Assembly: GCA_035400945.1 (NCBI GenBank)
Contig: DAONAJ010000010.1
Location: forward strand, 1,840-65,839
Length of the DNA stretch: 64,000 bases
From: Spirochaetota bacterium
GTDB taxonomy: Bacteria > Spirochaetota > UBA4802 > UBA5550
Direction: 5' to 3'
A model generated the notes under the pieces. That model searched no databases and was not told the DNA's origin. It worked only from the letters and a program-made list of their open reading frames with translations. Within the stretch, counting starts at the first letter, position 1. The number at the start of each line of letters is the position of its first letter. Shown here piece by piece: positions 1-6,644 of the stretch. The position numbers and the translations under genes are program-made.

Positions 1-1038
1 TGTTGAACCCCGGCTGGATGCGCGCGTCCCAGAAGGGGATCGGAAAGCCCGCCTGCAGGCGCGAGATCACGTAAAAGTGGTGGTAGAAATAGGGCGAGTA
101 ATAACCGGGCATGACGCCGTAATCCTGGGGATAGCCGCCGATCTGCTCGGTGTTGTTCCGGTCCACGCCGATAAAATATCCTCCGTATAGGTCAAGCAGT
201 ATGTTGTAATCGCCCTTGAAGTTGTAATAGCCGCCGGCGTTGAAATAGAACCGGTGCGTGTTCCTGATGCTGGATTTGTACCAGATGCCCTCAGTGTGTC
301 CGGTCGGCGGGACCCATGTGTTGCCCAGCTTTTCCCTGAAAAAGAGACGGTCGTAGTCATACCAGGTGCCGTATCCGACCCGCCGCGCGTAATTGTATTC
401 AAGGCGGACCATGTAGCCGTGTTTGACGCGTTCCATGCTTTTATCCTTGACGTCGCTCAACAGGACCTCGATGCCCGGCTTGAGCTGCCAGTGCCGATGC
501 GGCACGTTGACGTACTTGTGCTCGTTGGGCGTCAATAACGGCAGGCGGTAGAAGAAGTAGGAGGGATGGAAGAACACCCTGGTAGAAAATATGCGGAACC
601 AGTTGTACTGGAAGAATCCGCCGACGCCGAAATTGTTTCCCCCGATGGAGCGCCGCCTGTCGTCATATCCCTGCTTGTAGGACCTCCAGGCCGCATAGAT
701 CGAATGTTCCAGCAGGGGTTTGACGCCGGCGAAGATGCGGTCCGTCTTGTAGCCAAGGATCGCGAATATTCTCGTCGTGGTCAATGTGAACTGGGCGTAG
801 AGGTCGGGGTTCTTGAAGTTTTCGCCGAACCAGTAGTAGGCTATGAGGGGCGACAGGTCGTTGCTGTCACCGGGAAAGGGCTGATCAACGCCAAGGGCGA
901 GATAATGCCGGTATTCCTGTTTTTTTTGCGCGGGGTCAGGTCGTCAATGGCAGGCTCCGTCAGGTCCTGCCCCAGCACTGACATGGCAAAAAACAGGCAC
1001 AGACAAAAACAGCAGATAGGCATCAATCTCCGTTTCAT
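1..1038 (-). pseudogene. Outer-membrane beta-barrel-like protein. The 3' end runs off the left edge. The signal peptide and the mature part are in different frames.
   Basis: ATG at 1038 gives MKRRLMPICCFCLCLFFAMSVLGQD, a classic signal peptide; that frame stops at 841. By manual translation, a second frame opens just upstream of the A8 run (920-927) and stays open to position 1. It reads ...KKQEYRHYLALGVDQPFPGDSNDLSPLIAYYWFGENFKNPDLYAQF...GYYNFKGDYNILLDLYGGYF..., which has the aromatic/Gly-rich composition typical of barrel proteins. Confidence 0.55.
920..927. repeat. T8 (A8 on the coding strand) homopolymer at the frame junction of the OMP gene
   Basis: Read directly: cctg-tttttttt-gcg. One extra A, or a -1 slip on A_AAA_AAA_C, joins the signal peptide frame to the long downstream frame. 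Confidence 0.9.
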
Positions 1039-1365
1039 GGGCAACCTCTGCGCGGTGATATTGTGATAATGTATTCTCACCCTCGTTTATTTTCGTTTCT
1101 TGTCTCTGAATATTTATTTTAATAACTGCGAAGTGCCCATGGTAAGACCATGAAAACGATGCGACGGATCGACCCCCTGGCGCGGGCCATCATCAACATA
1201 ACCATAACCTTCATCCGATCTTTAACAGAATGCCCGAAGGACCAGTCGGCAGTCTCCTGTTTGCCAGCCAGTCCATGAATCGCGTAACCCTTTCCCCCTC
1301 TATATCTCCGAGGCAGGTTGCGCTTCGACGAAGTCATTGGTCCAGAACTGCCGCCACAGCGAGTA

Positions 1366-1425
1366 AACAGTATTCGAACCAGGTTATCGATGATATCCCG
1401 GTGGATTTTATGATATGGGTGACAG
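1366..1425. repeat. Partial (right-arm only) copy of the TA-cassette repeat
   Basis: cagtattcgaaccaggttatcgatgatatcccggtggattttatgatatgg aligns with 2152-2196 and 3050-3094. Confidence 0.75.
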
Positions 1426-1437
1426 GACAGTAGTTTT

Positions 1438-1659
1438 TTAGCTTTCAGCCTGTCTTTTTTTCTTCTTTTCCCGCAAAACAATAGCATGAAGGTCTTTAAG
1501 GCCCATTACCATGGCTGTTTTTAACACATTTTGATATCCCATCCCCATGAATCGATCCAGGTCATGCGCGTCCTCGTAGGCTTCGTGAGTGATGTTCATG
1601 GTGATTCTCTTGGTTTTTGCTTTATAAACTTTCTTTTTCTTGTCTGCTTTCATCATCAT
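1438..1659 (-). CDS. Putative RHH/CopG-like antitoxin (cassette 1)
   Basis: 73 aa. A basic N-terminus is followed by KRITMNITHEAYEDAHDLDRFMGMGYQNVLKTAMVMGL (strand-helix-helix pattern). It lies immediately downstream of a toxin-like ORF, and its three start ATGs overlap three TGAs of the upstream frame. Confidence 0.35.
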   Translation of the reverse strand: MMMKADKKKKVYKAKTKRITMNITHEAYEDAHDLDRFMGMGYQNVLKTAMVMGLKDLHAIVLREKKKKRQAES

Positions 1660-1892
1660 GCCGGATAAGTCGGTTTTATCGTAATATGATGCATCGATAG
1701 TTGAAGTTTGACGGCTATAAACAACGAGTATATGCTTGCCTCCGCATTTCCCGAAATAGAGGTCAATGTCTTCATCCCTCGTGCTCGGATAAATAACAAC
1801 ATCAACTTCTTTGTTGAGGATCGATTTATAGATTCCTTGGTAAATTTGCGTTCCTCGAGTCTATTCAGACTATGCTTTGAAAAATTGTGCAT
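1656..1892 (-). pseudogene. DUF4258-like toxin, apparently frameshifted (cassette 1)
   Basis: The N-terminus MHNFSKHSLNRLEERKFTKES resembles the DUF4258 H-x-x-x-R-x-x-eR motif. The rest of the expected domain (IYKSILNKEVDVVIYPSTRDEDIDLYFGKCGGKHILVVYSRQTSTIDASYY) is only seen in a different frame, by manual translation. Confidence 0.35.
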
Positions 1893-2001
1893 ACATATAA
1901 TATATGAATGATGTATGTTAGTGTCAATTACTATTTCAATGATGGAAATGGGGGATGGTTGGTTGATTTATGCTATTAGAGTATACTTATCGAGAAATTC
2001 T

Positions 2002-2196
2002 GAAGTTCGAGTCTTATCGTAATGCTACGGGAATACAGTATTCGAACAGAATATTTTGGCTTTAATTGCTGCAATAATGGTCTGAAAATATAAAAAAGGC
2101 GCTTCCCGGAGTCCGAAAAGCGCCCATGCTCCCACGGGAAGTCAGTATTCGAACCAGCTCATAGATGATATCATGCTGGATCTCATGATTTGGATG
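2002..2196. repeat. TA-cassette repeat copy 1. It contains T-arm-like motifs, a terminator hairpin (2092-2124, minus sense) and a degenerate tRNA-Asn 3' end.
   Basis: Aligns over its length with 2905-3094, and over about 130 bp with 3924-4059. It contains gcgcccatgctcccacggg...tcgaacc, compared with gcgcccatgctcccccggtaggactcgaacc in the genuine tRNA. Confidence 0.85.
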
Positions 2197-2226
2197 GCAG
2201 AACGAAAGCTATATGTTTAATTCAAA

Positions 2227-2550
2227 TCAGGCTTCACAGCAGACATTGGCCAGAGGCTTGACTCGAGGTTTATGCTGTTTGGCCTCCCATAGAGAAAGTC
2301 TATTTTGCATTTCCAGCCAGCTCTCCGGAGTAGTGCCGGTGGCTTCGCCTATCCTTACCGCCATTTCGGGCGTTAGTACACAATGACCATGCACCAGCTC
2401 CGATAGGGTTTTCCTGGATATTCCCATACACTCAGAAGCCTTAGTGATAGTCAGATTAAGAGGCTTGATAACATCTTCAAGAAGCACGATCCCCGGATGG
2501 ACAGGTTTTCTTTTTGTTATATTCATGATGTTAATCCTTGTTGAGTTCAA
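2227..2550 (-). CDS. higA: HigA-type antitoxin (XRE-family HTH)
   Basis: PVHPGIVLLEDVIKPLNLTITKASECMGISRKTLSELVHGHCVLTPEMAVRIGEATGTTPESWLEMQ matches the HigA/VapI antidote pattern. It overlaps the higB stop by 4 nt. Confidence 0.85.
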   Translation of the reverse strand: MNSTRINIMNITKRKPVHPGIVLLEDVIKPLNLTITKASECMGISRKTLSELVHGHCVLTPEMAVRIGEATGTTPESWLEMQNRLSLWEAKQHKPRVKPLANVCCEA

Positions 2551-2825
2551 TGATAATCAATGTAATCAACGACTATTGCATCTTTACCCTCAAATTTAAA
2601 TGTTATTCTCCAGTTGCCGCTAACGCTTACTGCCCAGGTCCTAGCCTTATTGCCAGTTAGTTCATGCAATTTATAGCCCGGCAGGTTCATGTCTTTGGGT
2701 TTTTTAGCTGCTGCCAGCCTGTCCAGAATACGTTCGAGTTTAGATGCATGATCGGGCTGGATTCCTTTTTTGCTGCCAGTATCAAAGAATTGCTCCAGCC
2801 CTTTGTGTTTAAAACTCTTTATCAC
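2547..2825 (-). CDS. higB: HigB-type toxin (plasmid maintenance system killer / RelE superfamily)
   Basis: MIKSFKHKGLEQFF...LPGYKLHELTGNKARTWAVSVSGNWRITFKFEGKDAIVVDYIDYH is the typical HigB sequence, including the C-terminal DYxDYH. Confidence 0.85.
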   Translation of the reverse strand: MIKSFKHKGLEQFFDTGSKKGIQPDHASKLERILDRLAAAKKPKDMNLPGYKLHELTGNKARTWAVSVSGNWRITFKFEGKDAIVVDYIDYH

Positions 2826-2833
2826 AGAACCAA

Positions 2834-2852
2834 TGTAACCCCAAGGGTTACA
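2834..2852. promoter_or_regulatory. Perfect 8-bp inverted repeat 9 nt upstream of higB; candidate HigA operator
   Basis: TGTAACCC-caa-GGGTTACA, read directly. Confidence 0.5.
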
Positions 2853-2904
2853 ATAATCAAGAGAAAAATCTAGATTTCTTTAAATTATGAAAAGTGCAGG
2901 TTGT

Positions 2905-3094
2905 GAAGTTCGAGTCTTATCGTAATGCCATAGGAAGACAGTATTCGAACCGGCTATTTTGACTATAATTGGTTCAATATGGTCGGAAAATAAAAAGGCG
3001 CTTCCCGGAGTTCGAAAAGCGCCCATGCTCCCACGGGAGTACAGTTATCGAACCAGGTTATTGATGATATCCTGCTGGATTTCATGATTTGGAT
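2905..3094. repeat. TA-cassette repeat copy 2 (terminator hairpin 2992-3023, minus sense)
   Basis: Same architecture and high identity to 2002-2196. Confidence 0.85.
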
Positions 3095-3113
3095 AGGGGA
3101 AGTATGGTAATCA

Positions 3114-3539
3114 TCAATTATGCGCTATCGTATGTATCCTTTTCTTCAACTTCTTATATGAGCTTTCATTGTCCCTGACTGGAAATCTGTGCTTCCCGAC
3201 ATACACATATGATATTTTACCTTCATCCATCATCTGGTGCACCCGTTGTCTGGTCACCGAAAGCTTCTTTGCAACCGTATCAACATCAATGAGGTCAGAG
3301 GCAACGATGCGTTTTGAGTCCTGGCGCGCTTTTTCATCGGTCAGCTTTGATGTTATTAATTTGGTCGATCTTATGCTGAACATTCCTTCGCCACAGGAAG
3401 AACAGAAATATCCATCAAGATTGGTGACGGTTATTGGCTCATATCCGTGATTTCTATATGTTTCCGAGATCCCTTTTTTATATTTCATGGTTCCTTTCGA
3501 TCCGCACGATGGGCAATCAATCCATTTTTTTTCTTTCAT
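3114..3539 (-). CDS. mqsA: MqsA-like antitoxin (YgiT-type zinc ribbon plus C-terminal HTH)
   Basis: CPSCGS...CSSCGE zinc ribbon. The C-terminal VAKKLSVTRQRVHQMMDEGKISYVYVGKHRF is an excisionase/MerR-like HTH. It lies directly downstream of mqsR. Confidence 0.7.
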   Translation of the reverse strand: MKEKKWIDCPSCGSKGTMKYKKGISETYRNHGYEPITVTNLDGYFCSSCGEGMFSIRSTKLITSKLTDEKARQDSKRIVASDLIDVDTVAKKLSVTRQRVHQMMDEGKISYVYVGKHRFPVRDNESSYKKLKKRIHTIAHN

Positions 3540-3540
3540 T

Positions 3541-3843
3541 TTATTTCTCCTTGAACGAAATTATCACCGTTTCATCATCAAGAATTTGCAGTTTAATGTA
3601 AGCTATTCTGGTAATAATCTTTTTGTGATAAACGTCCTGCCACAAGGTTGTATCAAAACGGCTCGTCATTGACTTGTATAAATCCGATGCTTCAAGCCTG
3701 AGCACCCATTCGGCAAGTTCTTCTGATAATAGTGAAAAATCCTCAAATGCGCTTTTTATAGCTGTAGCGGTAATGCGATATCGGCCCTCTTTGACCAGGG
3801 TCTTTACTCGTAACAGCGAATAATGCGCTTTAAATTTATCCAT
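3541..3843 (-). CDS. mqsR: MqsR-type toxin
   Basis: SDLYKSMTSRFDTTLWQDVYHKK...YIKLQILDDETVIISFKEK closely parallels E. coli MqsR (SDFYKSMTT..DHTIWQDVY...LIVSFKEK). Confidence 0.85.
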   Translation of the reverse strand: MDKFKAHYSLLRVKTLVKEGRYRITATAIKSAFEDFSLLSEELAEWVLRLEASDLYKSMTSRFDTTLWQDVYHKKIITRIAYIKLQILDDETVIISFKEK

Positions 3844-3923
3844 TTTTAATATCTTTACAATGTCAAGTTATTAAAAATATAGGGAAGGGTCAAGAATAAA
3901 ATGGTCAATAGGAAGGTCTTAAA

Positions 3924-4059
3924 GAAGTTCGAGTCCTATCGTAAAGCTACGGGAATACAGTAATCGAACTGAAGATTTTATCTGTAATTGCTACAATAAT
4001 GACCGGAAAATAATAAAAAGGCGCTTCCCGAAGTTCGAAAAGCGCCCATGCTCCCCCGG
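3924..4059. repeat. TA-cassette repeat copy 3. This is the master copy, and its right end is the genuine tRNA-Asn 3' end.
   Basis: It shares about 130 bp with copies 1 and 2, up to gcgcccatgctccc. Beyond that point it continues as an intact tRNA. Confidence 0.85.
4015..4046 (-). terminator. Rho-independent terminator of tRNA-Asn
   Basis: On the minus strand: GGCGCTT-ttcgaacttcggg-AAGCGCC followed by a T-run. The same hairpin recurs in repeat copies 1 and 2. Confidence 0.75.
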
Positions 4060-4123
4060 TAGGACTCGAACCTACGACCCAGTGGTTAACAGCCACTTGC
4101 TCTACCGACTGAGCTACAGGGGA
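4051..4123 (-). tRNA. tRNA-Asn (anticodon GTT), 73 nt, CCA not encoded
   Basis: Reverse complement TCCCCTGTAGCTCAGTCGGTAGAGCAAGTGGCTGTTAACCACTGGGTCGTAGGTTCGAGTCCTACCGGGGGAG folds as a cloverleaf with anticodon loop CTGTTAA. Confidence 0.9.
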
Positions 4124-4369
4124 ATGTTCAAATCTATCACCGATAAGTTTTCGGACTTTCCCGGCAAGTCACCGGTGATTCAATTCATTGGTTAATAGAT
4201 TATGTACCATGATAGTGTCAATTATTTTTTAGTAAAATTTTGAGATTTCATTCATTTTTATCTTGATTAAATATTATGTCCCGACAAATATACTTTATAA
4301 AAGAACAATCAGTCAGATCATGGCTCCTTCGGCCGGCGGCAGTAGGAGCCATATCGTATACAAGGGGAC

Positions 4370-5272
4370 ATGGATATTACACAGGAAATCAAGAGGCTGG
4401 CAAGGGATAAGAACGCGATTATCCTCGCCCACAATTACCAGATTGACGAGATACAGGATATTGCCGATTTCAGCGGCGATTCCCTTGAGCTTTCACAGAT
4501 CGCGGCTAAAAACGACGCTGCCATGATCGTTTTCTGCGGGGTCCACTTCATGGCTGAATCCGCCTCGATACTGTCCCCTCAGAAGAAAGTCATCATACCG
4601 GACCCCACTGCCGGGTGCCCCATGGCGGACATGGTGGAGGCGGAGGATGTCATTGACCTCAAAAAGCAGCATCCAGGCGCCATGGTCATCACGTACATCA
4701 ATTCCACGGCCGCGGTGAAGGCCCACTCGGATGTGATCTGCACGTCATCGAATGCCCTCAGGATCGTGGAGAGAGTCGATGCAGATGAGATAATCTTCCT
4801 GCCCGACAGGAATCTCGGCAGCTACGTTCAGCGTTTCACGAAAAAGAAGATAATACTCTGGAAGGGCTTTTGCCCGACCCATGAAAAATTCACGCCGGAG
4901 GAGCTCCGGGCCGTCCGGGAGAAGAATCCCGGGGCCGTGGTCATGGTGCATCCCGAGTGCAGGCCCGAGGTCATAGACCTGGCGGACGAGGTCCTGTCAA
5001 CGGGACAGATGGTGAATTTCGTCCAGAAAACCGATAAAAGAAAAATCATCGTGGGCACGGAAATCGGGATGATACACAAGCTGAAATGCGTTGCCCCACA
5101 TATCGAATACATACCGGCGTCGGCCTCATTTATATGCCCCAACATGAAAAAAACAAACCTGCAGGTCCTTCTGAATGCGCTCCAGAAAGAGGAAACCGTG
5201 GTTTCAGTCGCTCAGGATATACGCGACAGGGCGAAGAAGGCCCTTGACCGGATGCTCGAGCTATCATATTGA
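4370..5272 (+). CDS. nadA: Quinolinate synthase A
   Basis: NAIILAHNYQIDEIQDIADFSGDSLELS, VHFMAE, YINSTA and HPEC motifs. Confidence 0.9.
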   Translation: MDITQEIKRLARDKNAIILAHNYQIDEIQDIADFSGDSLELSQIAAKNDAAMIVFCGVHFMAESASILSPQKKVIIPDPTAGCPMADMVEAEDVIDLKKQHPGAMVITYINSTAAVKAHSDVICTSSNALRIVERVDADEIIFLPDRNLGSYVQRFTKKKIILWKGFCPTHEKFTPEELRAVREKNPGAVVMVHPECRPEVIDLADEVLSTGQMVNFVQKTDKRKIIVGTEIGMIHKLKCVAPHIEYIPASASFICPNMKKTNLQVLLNALQKEETVVSVAQDIRDRAKKALDRMLELSY

Positions 5273-5284
5273 CAGGATATATAC

Positions 5285-6547
5285 ATGACCGATCCCATGC
5301 CGCAGGAAAGAATCGATACAGAAAGCATGATGGACGAAGATGCCGGACGTATCCCGCCTCCTACGACGGACCTCGGGTCTCCGGCACAATCAGCCGCAGA
5401 ATCCTTCGAGGAGGACACGAGAAAACAGCTCAACCTCCTGAGGGAAAAAACCTTCAACCCGGAGCTCCGGCAACTCGTTGACAGGGTGAGGGACAATGAG
5501 CCGGCGCAGGGCACCTTTGATAACGAGCAGGAGCGGATTGATGCCGTCTCGGAAGATGAGCTGCGGTTGAGGCTGTACCGGCTCTATTACCGGGCGCGGA
5601 TTCTCCATGACAACCGCGAGATGAACGTGGCCTTTAATCCCTTTGAGGCCATGGACAGCTCTTCTCCGGTGTCCATCCATGATTCGCTCTCCGTGTATAT
5701 CATGGACCGCATGATGCAGATGTCCCTGTCTCCCTTCGCGCTGCTGTCCTACAGCATAATCGAGAAAGGATACATCCCCTCGGTACATAACCTTGAGCGG
5801 TACCAAGTGGAAAATATCGTTATCGGACTGCGGGACAGGCTGTTCAGGGCAATCCTGGGAAGCGATGAGGGAGTGATAATCGAAGCTGATGAGCTTCAGG
5901 ATGATCCGTTCATGAGAAAGATATTTTCCCTTCATGAAGGCGAGGACCCGCGGGCCCTCTATTTTGTCTTGCTCAGCTGCCTTTCATCCGGCATAGCCCG
6001 GGAGTTCCAGGACCAAAACAGCGATGCCATAACACCGTTCCTCCCCTCGGCGATACTCATGATTGAGCTTCCCCTGCAGACAGAACCGCATAACAGGGGT
6101 TCCATATTCAGCATGCTCCGGAAAAGGCTGGCCCTGCCGTTTTTCCTGCTCAATGACCATCAGTCTCTGGTGTTCATGACCGAAGGTTATGAAGACATGG
6201 ACTATTCGTATCATGTCATGGATTATTTGTTCACGGTTTTTTTACTCGCCCGGGACGGTATCGGCATAAGCATAAAATTGAAGTCAAAGGACGAAACCAG
6301 CAGGACTTTTCTCATGAAATACATACTATCACAGCTGAGCTACAAGCTCCATGCTGACTCTGTCCTGCTGCATATGATAAAAGGACATCTTATTATTCTG
6401 ACCAGGGAAGGCTTCGTTGATCTGATAAAATCCTTGATCGGCGAGTACAATAGGCTTTTCAACGATCAATTCTCTGTCGTTGAGTTCAAGCCCTCGGAAT
6501 TCAAAGATTCCCTGGAAGTTATCAATAGAATTATTCTGGGCAATTGA
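5285..6547 (+). CDS. Hypothetical protein, 420 aa
   Basis: Long ORF with coding-like composition and an acidic/Pro-rich N-terminus. I recognise no family. The C-terminal LHADSVLLHMIKGHLIILTREGF faintly recalls a degenerate GGDEF strand. Confidence 0.5.
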   Translation: MTDPMPQERIDTESMMDEDAGRIPPPTTDLGSPAQSAAESFEEDTRKQLNLLREKTFNPELRQLVDRVRDNEPAQGTFDNEQERIDAVSEDELRLRLYRLYYRARILHDNREMNVAFNPFEAMDSSSPVSIHDSLSVYIMDRMMQMSLSPFALLSYSIIEKGYIPSVHNLERYQVENIVIGLRDRLFRAILGSDEGVIIEADELQDDPFMRKIFSLHEGEDPRALYFVLLSCLSSGIAREFQDQNSDAITPFLPSAILMIELPLQTEPHNRGSIFSMLRKRLALPFFLLNDHQSLVFMTEGYEDMDYSYHVMDYLFTVFLLARDGIGISIKLKSKDETSRTFLMKYILSQLSYKLHADSVLLHMIKGHLIILTREGFVDLIKSLIGEYNRLFNDQFSVVEFKPSEFKDSLEVINRIILGN

Positions 6548-6644
6548 TGTCAGCCTGGCCGGTAGCGCTTGTTCCCTGATGGGTGCGCACGTGAAAGGTG
6601 GTAAAGCTCATCGTCATGATGACGGGTAGTACTATAACTGTTAT

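Noticed and set aside
1119-1487. A 122-aa minus-strand ORF and a 67-aa plus-strand ORF (1230-1433) to the left of cassette 1.
   Set aside because: They overlap each other and the partial repeat copy. Their composition is not protein-like and no motif is recognisable. They are more likely remnants of non-coding or decayed sequence.
2152-2218. The right arm of the cassette repeat stays open in one plus-strand frame in all three copies (QYSNQ[VL]IDDI..D[FL]MIW...), with mostly synonymous or hydrophobic-for-hydrophobic changes. This suggests a conserved peptide.
   Set aside because: No copy has a start codon after the upstream in-frame stop, and the frame would run through the terminator hairpin. 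With only three copies, the substitution pattern is not statistically meaningful. I kept it as a note only.
1366-4059. A classical integron or CALIN interpretation of the TA array.
   Set aside because: No intI is in the window, and the palindromes do not match the attC core consensus (GTTRRRY / RYYYAAC). The repeats are clearly derived from the tRNA-Asn 3' end and terminator. I therefore report it as an integron-like analogy only.
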